The position numbers and the translations under genes were made by a program. Shown here one piece after another: positions 1-10,669 of a DNA stretch of 64,000 nucleotides; position 1 is the stretch's first letter; each line of letters begins with the position of its first letter. The stretch covers positions 127,540,967 to 127,604,966 of the forward strand of contig NC_081358.1 of the NCBI RefSeq assembly GCF_030684315.1, read 5' to 3'. The notes below the pieces were generated by a model, which saw nothing but the letters and a program-made list of their open reading frames with translations, had not been told where the DNA came from and made no database searches. Source of the stretch: Stegostoma tigrinum (taxonomy: Eukaryota).

Positions 1-42
1 CTGTTTTTGATCTGGCACAGCTCAGATTATAAAGACATTTAC

Positions 43-99
43 CTCTGGAGTCCCAGCTTGTAACAGCTGGCTCATTGCTGCTTTGAAAAGTTTCTCAGC
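43..99 (-). CDS. TTC19: TTC19 coding exon 5 (gene continues beyond the left edge)
   Basis: 57 nt, CTGCAG acceptor, GTAAA donor. AEKLFKAAMSQLLQAGTPE resembles TTC19 AEQLFKATMSYLLGGGMKQ. Confidence 0.9.
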
Positions 100-290
100 C
101 TGCAGAGTTATAGAAAAAAAAAATGAGAACTGATTATTTAACAAAACAAGCTAGATCCAGGAACGGGAGGCAATAGAGAGACAGAGAGGAGAGGAGGAGG
201 AAGAGGAGGACAAAAGGGGAAATGGGTTGGAGGCTGAGGAGGGGCAGAGATGTTTTAAGCTTGACAGGACTGAACATTCCGATCACTTAC

Positions 291-329
291 ATTAAGTAGG
301 TCTCCTCGGAGAAACGCCAGGTTGGCCAT
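291..329 (-). CDS. TTC19: TTC19 coding exon 4
   Basis: 39 nt, TTTTGCAG acceptor, GTAAGT donor. MANLAFLRGDLLN resembles TTC19 MANLAFIRGQLEN. Confidence 0.93.
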
Positions 330-1139
330 CTGCAAAATATCAGGGCAGAGGGATGGGGTACACAGGAGTACAGAAAGAGAGACAGAGACAGAGAGAAAGA
401 CAAAGTGTGTGGAGAAAATAAAACAGTGTGAGGCAGGGAGAGGGAGGAGACAGAGAGAGGGGGCAGCAGGATGAGGAAAAGAAAGACAAGAGTAGACAGA
501 GAGAAGAGGGAGGGGGAAGGAAGGAGGGACAAGGAGAGAATATGCATCAGAGAAACATGGTCCATTCAAAATATAGACAATATGTGCAGTAATCACCTCA
601 GAGGGAAATGACCTTTGCTACATGAGATGTGGAGTCAAAGCTTTCTACCTTGCTCGTCAGGACTCATATGCAAGAAAACCCAACTTCAGAAAGGAAGCAA
701 AAGAGCCTTGCTGCTCAGTGATAGTGTCCCTACTCTCAATCCCACATGCCTCAGAACAGTTTCATAACATGTCTGAGCACACTGCTTAAACAAAGGAAGC
801 ATTGATTTATACAGAATACGAGAGGGTGCTGATTGATCACAGTCATGGTGGCGTGGAGGTTCTGCAGGAACTGTTAACTCTCTTACTAACAGATTAAATT
901 CAAGACAGGCAAGATGGTAATGTACCTGCTGTGGGGATGTAGTAGGGATTGACTATCAACTGCGCCTCTTTCTTTCACTGAGGCAAGTGTGTGCACTGGA
1001 TACTGTTCTAATGTGGCAGTGTTAATCCTTCCATGAGCATCCAAAGGCTGCAAAACTCAGAACACAGTTGACAATAATAGATGTGATTCGACTGTACAAC
1101 ACTGACTAAATATTGATTGCACTAAGAATTCACCAGAAA

Positions 1140-1520
1140 CTCTCTTTGAAAAGAAAAATTAGTGAAATTGGGCTTATTCTCCATGGAGTAGAGAAGATCT
1201 TATTGAGATGTTTCAAAATCATGAACAATGTTAAAAGGGTGAAGAAAGATATTTTGTTTACACTAGATAGTGTGTCAGTAACTAGGGGTTGCAATTTCAA
1301 GACTATCAGCAAGACAGCTGGGATGACACTTCTTTACTCAGATTTGGAATGCACTGCCTGGGAAATGGTGCACGCAGATTCCATTGGAGATTTCAAGAGA
1401 GAGCTATTTATGTATTTGAAACTGATGAGTTGAGAGGTTGGGCTGGAGAAGGGAACTAACTGGGAACTCTTTCATGAGCCAGTACCAACACAATCAGTTG
1501 AATGGCTTCCTTCTATACTG
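1140..1520 (+). mobile_element. CR1 LINE 3' fragment (degenerate)
   Basis: Decayed ORF2 C-terminus (L...FKIM...TRG.NFK) and CR1-type 3' UTR. Confidence 0.65.
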
Positions 1521-1636
1521 TAAATTGAATGATTAGCAGTCAGGCACATAACGTCCTTTATTTGATCATGCAAGAAGACACATTCAATCTCACGTAGGAC
1601 TTCACAGTCTGGAGGCAAAATATCCTTGTGTATCAG

Positions 1637-1827
1637 AGATAATGGGAACTGCAGATGCTGGAGATTCCAAGATAATAAAATGTGAGGCTGGATGAACACA
1701 GCAGGCCAAGCAGCATCTCAGGAGCACAAAAGCTGACGTAGGATGAAGGGTCTAGGCCCGAAACGTCAGCTTTTGTGCTCCTGAGATGCTGCTTGGCCTG
1801 CTGTGTTCATCCAGCCTCACATTTTAT
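1637..1827. mobile_element. Mini fold-back Penelope-like insertion with 16-bp TSD
   Basis: Two inverted copies of the PLE 3' end. TSD TATCCTTGTGTATCAG at 1621-1636 and 1828-1843. Confidence 0.85.
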
Positions 1828-2146
1828 TATCCTTGTGTATCAGTCCTGATTAGCAACAACTAAAAATCTTCAAATCAAAGTCAGTTCTTAGAAACATTTG
1901 TGAACCGTCTTGACCCTCTGACAGCACGGCCCTCCTTTGGCGCTGCCATTGAGATGCCTTGATTATGTATCCATTTCTCTAGAATATACCTTGATCAAGA
2001 TTTAGGGGTGACTTCTAGATTGACCTGGGAACTACATGGCTGGTTACTCTGTATGTTGTGTCTTAGTGTCACTCACCCTATAGTTGCAGTCTCTAAAAGT
2101 GAAGCAAGCAAATGCTCAGCAGGCAATGGCTTGTCTGCACTGGTGG

Positions 2147-2422
2147 ATATGTCCACAGAACATGTAAAATCTATCTCTTGATCCTGTAACTAGGGAACCA
2201 ACATCCATGAGGACAGGGTCACAACACGGGGTGGAGTGAGATCAGCTGGAGATCACTCTTCACTGCCCTACCCCAACACGCTGCACACACTCCAGGCACA
2301 GGGAAAACAGCCCTGCCTGACAAGCTCCACGTCCCATAGACACCAGGACAACAGCCCCCTCTCCTGAGAGGCTGTCCCCCATTGAGAGAGCAGCTTCAAA
2401 CCTCTCAGGACAGACTCCCCAT
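2147..2422 (-). ncRNA. Candidate intronic structured RNA (H/ACA-like 3' end), copy 1, TTC19 intron 3
   Basis: Near-duplicate of 5034-5286. Several hairpins. Homology ends at ACATAT on the TTC19 sense strand. Family not recognised. Confidence 0.4.
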
Positions 2423-2453
2423 GGCCTTTGAACCCTAGGCCCGCGCTGCTTAC

Positions 2454-2564
2454 CTGTGTGTAGGTATAAGTGATGGCCTGGTTGTTCTGTGACTGCTGGG
2501 CAAGTTTTAGCGCCTGGTGCAAGTAACGGTCGGCATCTTCAAGCTCCCCTGTCATGGCACTCAG
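2454..2564 (-). CDS. TTC19: TTC19 coding exon 3
   Basis: 111 nt, AG...GTAAG boundaries. LSAMTGELEDADRYLHQALKLAQQSQNNQAITYTYTQ resembles TTC19 LSIMKDEPEEAELILHDALRLAYQTDNKKAITYTYDL (TPR helix). Confidence 0.93.
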
Positions 2565-3019
2565 CTGTAGAGAGGCAGGGAAGGTTAACAGGGAGCCAAA
2601 CAACCTCCCTCATCAATACAGAAACAATGTCTAACCAGAGCTCACACAAAAAAATGTACTGGCCAGAGCACCAGCTTGGAAACTGCTCAAACATCTGTGG
2701 GTTTTCCAAACTTGACTGTGGACAGAGAGCATGAAGTTGGTTGTTCAATGGCACAGAAGACCCTTACTACCATAAAACTGTACCCTCAATCTCTCCAAAC
2801 ATCTCAGCCTTTTGTGGGGAGGTGCAAGGGGAGTTGGGAAGAGGGTTCCAGATTTAGTCACGCACCCCTTCCCAACTATATTAGGGAGTTCTGAAGAAGA
2901 GTAATATCAGACTCAATGCTAACAGCTTCTCTCTCCAGAGATACAGCCAGGTCTTGGAGTTTCTCCAGTGTTTTGTTTTTTATTTCAGACCTCCAATATC
3001 TGCAGTATTTTGCTTTTAA

Positions 3020-4600
3020 GACCAGAAGGTTTAGGAGCAGGGGTACACCATACACCCATCAAGTTTTCTCTGACTGAACTGATAACCCTCAAGTCCACTT
3101 TCCTTCCTTCTCCCCAACAACTCTTGATTCCCTACCAGATAAAAACTCTGGAAGGATTTTGAACGTTCACTATCATCTGAGAGAAGAAATTCTTTCTCAA
3201 TTGTCTCAAATGTGTGACCCCTTATTTTGAAATTATGCCCTCCAGGGGAAACAACCTCTGCATTAACCCATGAACCTTGCATGTTCCAGTAGGTCCCTGC
3301 TTATTCTTCTAAACTTCAGAGTACAGGCTCAACCTACTCAAACTATCTCACAAGAGTATCCCTCCTTATCCAGGATCAAACTACTGAACCTTCTCTAAAC
3401 TGTCTCCAATGCCAGTGTGCCTTTTATTGGATAAGGGGCTCAGAACTGCTTCAAGTATTCAACTACAGTCTGACTTGTATAGGCCTTGTATAGTTTTAGC
3501 AAAATGACTCATTCCCTTTGTAAAAGGAAAGCGAAGATTGCATTTGTCTTCCCTATTACCTGCTGAACTTGGATACTGGCAATTTGAGATCCGTGCATGA
3601 GAAATCACAAACTCTATGCTGTAGCTTTCTGCAGGCTTTCTCTATTTAAATAATATTTGCCTCCTCTATTCTTCCTCACATGTCCACCACATAATATTCC
3701 ATTTAAAGTTTTTGCCCACTTGCTTAACCTGCCTATATGCCTCTGCAAAGTCTTTGTGTCACCCTCACTACGAGCCTTTCCACCTATCTTTGTGCTGTCC
3801 ACAAATTGGACTACAGTACAAATCATGAAAAGGGTAGATAGAAGTGGATAGTGAGAAGTTCCTTCCACTTGCAAAAGGAAGGAAAATGAGATGGCGTAAA
3901 TTAGAAGTCTCGCAAAAGCAGCAAATGTGATGAGAGTTCATTCTTTTCCACCTAGTGAACAATTAGGGTCTGGAACGTGCAGCCTGGAAACATGGTCGAG
4001 GCAGCATTCACTGATTACTTGGATACAATAACATGCAAGAGTGTGGCGGAGCAAGGACGTAGGAGATCGGTCACACATGACAATGTTCATTTGAGGAACT
4101 GTCGCGCCCAATGGCATCAATCTGCACCATAACAATTCTGTGATATATTGCAAATAATTGCAAGAACAGTATTGATCCCTATGGCACTCAACTAGTTATA
4201 GGTTATCATCTGAAAATACCCTCCGTTATACAAACTGATGTTTTAGCCAATTCTCTATCCAGGCTAATATAGTGCCTCCTTCTCTTATTAAATAGCATTA
4301 TGTGTGGTACCTTCTCAAACACCTTCTGAAAATCCTAACACATCACATTCACACTTTTCCCCTTATCTAATCCTCTTCATTATTACCTCAAAAGAATTCT
4401 AGAGAACTTATCAGGCATGTTTCCCATTGATGAAGCCATCTTACTATTGCTTGATTATATTTCTAAATGCTCTGCTATTACATCCTTTATAAAAGACGCT
4501 AGCACTTTCCCCAACAAGTGATGTTAAGGTAACTGGCTTACAGTTACCAAGCATTTTGGTTGCTTCTGTTTTCAAATTAAGGTGTTACATTGGCAGCTTT
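3020..4600 (-). mobile_element. CR1 LINE fragments, mixed orientation
   Basis: Decayed RT motifs (FVDSTKIGG, GHNFKIRG) on minus, with an internal plus-strand piece at ~3825-4140. Confidence 0.7.
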
Positions 4601-4759
4601 ATTATACTTGATCCGTGCTGACACCACAAGTTTATTCCTCCTGGTAAGGGTGGACGTCATTTGGGCCAGAATGGACAGCCAGAGGACCTACTGCTGACTG
4701 ATGAGATGACAATGTTTGAGCTGGCATAAAGGGAGAGTGAGAAGCAAACCATTCTGAAC

Positions 4760-4851
4760 CTTGGACTTTTTGATCAGTAGGATGATCGCATCCTCAGGGT
4801 CCTGTTGCTCCTTCTCATGGTGCGAGAACAACTGGATGGCAGCAAGAAACG
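4760..4851 (-). CDS. TTC19: TTC19 coding exon 2
   Basis: Pyrimidine tract + CAG acceptor, GT donor. Encodes FLAAIQLFSHHEKEQQDPEDAIILLIKKSK, resembling the TTC19 ...EAEIIQLLKRAK segment. Confidence 0.88.
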
Positions 4852-5033
4852 CTGGAGAGAAGGAAATCAGAAAACAGCACTTTAGAGAAAGTGAAAGAAA
4901 AGGAGGCTGGTTGGTGATCACAATTATGAGAGAGTCCAGAGTGAAGTAAGTGGATTGGCATGCTGACTATAATGGGGCAATCACCAGGGTAGGGGGAGGA
5001 ACAGGGGTGAACACTGCAGGGAGGGAGGGCGAC

Positions 5034-5286
5034 ATATGTCCACAGAACATGAAAAACCTATCTCTTGATCCTGTAACTAGGGAACCAACATCCATGAGGA
5101 CAGGATCACAACACTGGGTGGAGTGAGATCAGCTGGAGATCACTGTTCACTGCCCTACCCCAAGAGGCAGGGCACACCGCCTGACAAGCTCCATGTCCCA
5201 TCGATGCCAGGACAACAGCCCCGTCTCCCGAGAGGCTGCCCCCCACTGAGAGAGCAACTTCAAACCTCTCAGGAAAGACTCCCCAT
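5034..5286 (-). ncRNA. Candidate intronic structured RNA, copy 2, TTC19 intron 1
   Basis: Near-duplicate of 2147-2422. Substitutions in the first hairpin become G-U pairs on the minus strand. Confidence 0.4.
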
Positions 5287-5294
5287 AGTCCGTG

Positions 5295-6000
5295 GGGGGG
5301 GGTGATAGGGGAAGGTCGGGTGGGTGTGGGACGGGGGGGGGGTGATAGGGGAAGATCAGGTGGGTGTGGGACGGGGGGGGTGATAGGGGAAGGTCGGGTG
5401 GGTGTGGGACGGGGGGGGGTGATAGGGGAAGATCAGGTGGGTGTGGGACGGGGGGGGGGTGATAGGGGAAGATCAGGTGGGTGTGGGACGGGGGGGGTGA
5501 TAGGGGAAGGTCGGGTGGGTGTGGGACGGGGGGGGGTGATAGGGGAAGATCAGGTGGGTGTGGGACGGGGGGGGTGATAGGGGAAGGTCAGGTGGGTGTG
5601 GGACGGGTGGGTGGGGGTCACGGGGAAGAGGAGAACGGGGTAGGTGGAGGAGGGGGGGGAGAAGAAGAGAGGAAGGTCACGCGGGGGGGAAAGAGGGGAA
5701 GGTCACGGGGGGGGGAAGAGGGGAAGGTCACGGGGGGGGGAAGAGGGGAAGGTCACGGGGGGGGGAAGAGGGGAAGGTCACGGGGGGGGAAGAGGGGAAG
5801 GTCACGGGGGGGGGAAAGAGGGGAAGGTCACAGGGTGGGTGGGGAGGGGAAGGTCACGGGGAGGGGTGGGGCAAGGTCACGGGGAGAGGGGGTGGGGCAA
5901 GGTCACGGGGAGAGGGGTGGGGCAAGGTCACGGGGAGAGGGGTGGGGCAAGGTCACGGGGAGAGGGGTGGGGCAAGGTCACGGGGAGGGGTGGGGATCAC
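5295..6000 (+). repeat. Two G-rich minisatellites in TTC19 intron 1
   Basis: ~8 copies of ~40-nt G(n)TGATAGGGGAAG(A/G)TC(A/G)GGTGGGTGTGGGAC (5295-5610), then ~25-28-nt AAGGTCACGGGG-containing units (5670-6000). Confidence 0.95.
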
Positions 6001-6019
6001 GGTGAGGGTCAGAGCACTG

Positions 6020-6380
6020 CATGGACCCTGCGGCCCGGGCCACGGGAGCCCACAGAGAGGGGAATCAGGTCGGGACTGAGGACGTCGGGGGGAGGCGGGG
6101 TCAGTGCAGGCTCCGCCCAGGGCCGGGTGACCGACCGGTTCCACCCCTCTTACCCACTGCCGCCGCGCTCAGGTTCCCATTTCCGGGGCGGCCGCGGCTC
6201 TCCGTTCGGGCGTGGGCGTTGGCCGGGGCGGGGGCGGGGGCCGCGGCCCAGGCGCCGCGAATCCTGACCCTTCGGCCGCAGCTCAGGCCCCGGGATACTG
6301 CCGACGGCAGCATCACCCCGGCAACGGGGCGGAAACACGTCAACACCGGAAACAGGTAGCGGAACATTTGATCAACAGAC
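6020..6380 (-). promoter_or_regulatory. CpG-island-like TTC19 promoter/exon 1 region
   Basis: High GC and CpG density, GGGGCGGGG boxes, CGGAA (ETS-like) motifs upstream of the ATG. Confidence 0.6.
6154..6313 (-). CDS. TTC19: TTC19 coding exon 1 (putative mitochondrial presequence)
   Basis: ATG at 6313 reads MLPSAVSRGLSCGRRVRIRGAW... (Arg/Ala-rich, acid-poor). GTAAGA donor at 6153. 160 nt, phase 1, joins exon 2 in frame. GC/CpG-rich region. Confidence 0.75.
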
Positions 6381-6382
6381 AT

Positions 6383-6467
6383 TTAAAGGGCCAGGTACCC
6401 CCATGTTCTTAAAGGGCCAGGTACCCCCATGTTCTTAAAGGGCCAGGTACCCCCATGTTCTTAAAGG
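6383..6467 (+). repeat. Perfect 26-bp tandem repeat, 3.3 copies
   Basis: TTAAAGGGCCAGGTACCCCCATGTTC starting at 6383, 6409 and 6435, partial at 6461. Confidence 0.95.
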
Positions 6468-6735
6468 AGTCTGGAATTAAAGTGTCTGGGTGGCGGGATG
6501 TGTGTCAGACTGATTTCTGATTTTGTGAGAACACGTTTTCTCACTGCTTTTTTGGTGGACTTTATAAAGTTAAGGTGTAAATTTAACCAGAAATAGTGTT
6601 TATTTCACACATTGTCAGGTGTACGGTGGGCAATACTTTACAACAGATACATGCTGACATGGCTGCACAAGGATTAAATTGAAAAGGATAAGGCAATTGT
6701 TCAGTTCGTAAAAAGTGCAAACAAACCGAGTGATA

Positions 6736-8086
6736 AAATGTGAGGCTGGATGAACACAGCAGGCCAAGCAGCATCTCAGGAGCACAAAAGCTGACGTTTC
6801 GGGCCTAGACCCTTCATCAGAGAGGGGGATGGGGGGAGGGAACTGGAATAAATAGGGAGAGAGGGGGAGGCGGACCGAAGATGGAGAGAAAAGAAGATAG
6901 GTGGAGAGAGTGTAGGTGGGGAGGTAGGGAGGGGATAGGTCAGTCCAGGGAAGACGGACAGGTCAAGGAGGTGGGATGAGGTTAGTAGGTAGCTGGGGGT
7001 GCGGCTTGGTGTGGGAGGAAGGGATGGGTGAGAGGAAGAACCGGTTAGGGAGGCAGAGACCGGTTGGACTGGTTTTGGGATGCAGTGGGTGGGGGGGAAG
7101 AGCTGGGCTGGTTGTGTGGTGCAGTGGGGGGAGGGGACGAACTGGGCTGGTTTAGGGATGCAGTGGGGGAAGGGGAGATTTTGAAACTGGTGAAGTCCAC
7201 ATTGATACCATATGGCTGCAGGGTTCCCAGGCGGAATATGAGTTGCTGTTCCTGCAACCTTCGGGTGGCATCATTGTGGCAGTGCAGGAGGCCCATGATG
7301 GACATGTCATCAAGAGAATGGGAGGGGGAGTGGAAATGGTTTGCGACTGGGAGGTGCAGTTGTTTTTTGCGAACTGAGCGGAGGTGTTCTGCAAAGCGGT
7401 CCCCAAGCCTCCTTGGCAACTGCACCTCCCAGTCGCAAACCATTTCCACTCCCCCTCCCATTCTCTTGATGACATGTCCATCATGGGCCTCCTGCACTGC
7501 CACAATGATGCCACCCGAAGGTTGCAGGAACAGCAACTCATATTCCGCCTGGGAACCCTGCAGCCATATGGTATCAATGTGGACTTCACCCGTTTCAAAA
7601 TCTCCCCTTCCCCTACTGCATCCCTCAACCAGCCCAGTTCGTCCCCTCCCCCCACTGCACCACACAACCAGCCCAGCTCTTCCCCCCCACCCACTGCATC
7701 CCAAAACCAGTCCAAACTGTCTCTGCCTCCCTAACCGGTTCTTCCTCTCACCCATCCCTTCCTCCCACCCCAAGCCGCACCCCCCGCTACCTACTAACCT
7801 CATCCCACCTCCTTGACCTGTCCGTCTTCCCTGGACTGACCTATCCCCTCCCTACCTCCCCACCTACACTCTCTCCACCTATCTTCTTTACTCTCCATCT
7901 TCGGTCCGCCTCCCCCTCTCTCCCTATTTATTCCAGTTCCCTCCCCCCATCCCCCTCTCTGATGAAGGGTCTAGGCCCGAAACGTCAGCTTTTGTGCTCC
8001 TGAGATGCTGCTTGGCCTGCTGTGTTCATCCAGCCTCACATTTTATTATCTTGGAATCTCCAGCATCTGCAGTCCCCATTATCTCT
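6736..8086. mobile_element. Penelope-like (Neptune-type) fold-back element, ~630-bp inverted arms
   Basis: Arms ~6733-7362 and ~7417-8046 encode the GIY-YIG C-terminus (RFAEH..VANHF..RRLQEQQLIFRLGTLQPYGIN). TSD AACAAACCGAGTGATA at 6720-6735 and 8087-8102. Confidence 0.92.
7959..7986 (+). ncRNA. Minimal hammerhead ribozyme motif in PLE terminal repeat (mirror copy 6793-6820 on minus)
   Basis: CTGATGA-A-GGGTCT/AGGCCC-GAAA-CG-TC: core boxes, stem II and palindromic ACGT stem III. Stem I is only ~2 bp (CT/AG). Confidence 0.7.
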
Positions 8087-8269
8087 AACAAACCGAGTGA
8101 TACCAGTTCATCAGTGTCTTTGATTTTGAAAATAGAAACCAAATGGTTGAGGCCAGAAGTCGCAGCATGAAATGAGGATGAATGGTGATCGATTGGCTGA
8201 CGAGCTGTTCAGAAGTCAGAGATAATTTGTTCCCCTTAAAAATTCCTTATAAACTCAACTCAAGAATAT

Positions 8270-8690
8270 TCATAGAATCCCTGCAGTGTGGTAGCAAGCC
8301 ATTAAAGTCCATCAAGTCCACACCACCCCTCTGAAGAGCGTCCCATCCAGACCCATCCCAACTGTCTTATCCCCTGCCTTTCCCATGCTTAATCCACGCC
8401 AATTCTTGGACACTGTGGGCAATTTCCCATGGCCTGTTCACATAACTTGCAAACCTTTGGACTGTGGGAGGAAACCAGAGCACCTGGAAAAAAAAACAGA
8501 GATAATGGGAACTGCAGATGCTGGAGAATCCAAGATAACAAAGTGTGAAGCTGGATGAACACAGCAGGACAAGCAGCATCTTACCACACAGGGACAGGGA
8601 GAATGTGAAAATTTCACATGTGGGTGAAATTGAACCCAGGTCCCTAGCATTATGAGGCAGCAGTACTGACCACTGAGCCACCATGCTGCC
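8270..8690 (-). mobile_element. tRNA-derived SINE (HE1/V-SINE-like) interrupted by a PLE tail (~8498-8582)
   Basis: Minus strand GGTGGCTCAGTGG A-box and GGGTTCAATT B-box; CR1-like tail. Confidence 0.8.
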
Positions 8691-9699
8691 TAATATTGCT
8701 GTAATTTAATTTTGATTTAACTGCTTTAACAAAAGAAGGATGATTACTTTGAGAGCACACAACATACAGGTTCTGACGAGTTATTCCTGACCCGAAGCAT
8801 TAACGTCTTTTTTTCTCCACAGAACCTGCCAGACCTATTTGGTTTCTCCAGCAATTTCTGTGCTTTTCAAATTTGTTTGCCAGATGCTGTAGTATTTTGC
8901 TTTTATACAAAAAGCACGTTATTAACTGCTTTTTACATGGCAGAGTCTTCTCCTTTGTCGCCTGGAATTATGTGTTTCGATATCATTGAATATATCTGTA
9001 AATAAATACATACAGCAGAATTAAAAGGTTCAGAACTGAAGGAACCATGTGATCAAGCTTCCAGGGGGGAGGGCATGTTGGTGGAGGGGTGCAGAGTGAA
9101 GAGGGGTGTAACCAGTTATTTTGAGACAAACAGTTGCATTCCACATAAACACGTCTGCTACAGAATAGGGCTACCTTCTAATTTTATTGAGGATGATATT
9201 CTTCCCAGGAACAATCAGTCTCTGTGGCACTTTATAACACAATAGTTGGAATTCCAGTCCCATCATGGGGTGTTGATTATCCAACTGACTCTGACTTCAG
9301 AGAAGCTTCTGGTTAGTTAATGCTAAGTTTTTGTAACCAAGTGAGCACTAGTGAGTGGTATCTTTGTGCACTTTTTGCTGTACTTTATGTGTTCCTGTAT
9401 TTAGTACATGTGACAAATAAATGAATCTAAGTCCAGTGACATTATTGTGACAGCATCTTTATTGGGCTGTTTAATATGTTTCTAAGAGTCATAGAACATA
9501 GAACAATACAGTGCAGAACAGGCCCTTCGGCCCTCAATGTTGCGCCGACCTGTGAACTAATCTAAGCCCCTCCCCCTACATTCTCCCATCATTATCCATA
9601 TGCTTATCCAAGTCACTAAATATAGCCCTAAGAGAAACAATTAATCACTTTTTTTCTTTACAGAACCAGCTTCAGCAGTGCCCTAGACCAGCAATAGTA

Positions 9700-10185
9700 G
9701 GACATTCAGCCCATCGAGTCTGTTCCGCAATTCAATGAGATCATGGCTAATCTGATAATCCTCAACTCCACCTTCCTGCCTTTTCTTCACAACCCTTGAT
9801 TCCCTTTGCTGATGAAAAATCAGTCTTAAATATACTTAATGACCCTGTCTCAAAAGCCCTCTGTGGTAAACAATTCCACATCTTCACAGCCCTCCAAAAC
9901 AGGAAATTCCTCCTCATCTTTGTCTTAAATGTACGAGCCTTTATTCTGAGATTAGACCCTCTGGTCCTAAACTGTCTGATCTTTCTGCATTGACACTGTA
10001 AAGCCCGTAAGAAACTTGCATGGTTCAATAACGTTGTCTCTCGCTTTTCTAAATGACAATGAGTACAGGCCCAATCTATTCAACCTCTCTTTATAAGACG
10101 GTTACACTGTACCTCGCATCAGCCACGTGAACCTTCTCTGGGCTGTCTCCAATGCAAGGACATCTTTTCTTAGATAAGGGGCACA
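9700..10185 (-). mobile_element. CR1 LINE 3' fragment
   Basis: ORF 9762-10028: RTRGSNLRIK..RRNFL..VKMWNCLP. Confidence 0.75.
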
Positions 10186-10669
10186 ATTTTAATTCTAAAA
10201 AGGCATTTCTTACAATGTTGTCAATTTCTGCTGTTTTTCCTTGTTCTCTTGTAATTGCCCTGATGGTTGTTTTTTTCTGTCCTTAGTTTGCATTGTTTGT
10301 CCTGTTTTGTTTTCTATCATTATTTAGCATCATTCAATAATTTTAATAAGCACAGTATGGACTCAATGGACTCCCAGCAAATTCTAAAACATTGATATAA
10401 ATTGCAAGAAGCTGAGGCCCCAGCTCTCCTGTGATAGCAAATGCAATTCTATTATTCAAAAAGTGAGGAAGACAGAACACTCAGGTGATGCTGAGGAAGT
10501 GGGGAGGCTGCAGAATGACTTGGACAGGCTAGAAGAGTGAGAAAAGAAGTAGCAGATGGAATACAATGTGGGAAAGCTTTGGTAGGAAATTTGGTAGGAA
10601 GAGTAGAGGCTGAGACCATTTTCTAAATGGGGAAAGGCTTCAGAAATCTGAAGCACAAAGGGACTCAGT

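Noticed and set aside
255-596. Hydrophobic 113-aa and 92-aa ORFs
   Set aside because: Translations of a CT-rich intron tract; only the 39-nt TTC19 exon inside is coding.
2147-2422. Telomerase RNA, U3, U17, RNase P or MRP identity for the duplicated element
   Set aside because: No CTAACCCT template and none of the conserved boxes I recall for those RNAs.
5302-6267. Gly/Arg-rich ORFs of up to 207 aa on the plus strand
   Set aside because: They are translations of G-rich minisatellites, open in several frames and antisense to TTC19 intron 1.
7045-7816. Overlapping ~250-aa ORFs on both strands
   Set aside because: By-products of the PLE palindrome; only the GIY-YIG tail frame is meaningful.
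9640-9700. Strong-looking splice acceptor (TTTTTTCTTTACAG) on the plus strand
   Set aside because: It is wedged between CR1 fragments, has no recognisable peptide and only a weak donor.
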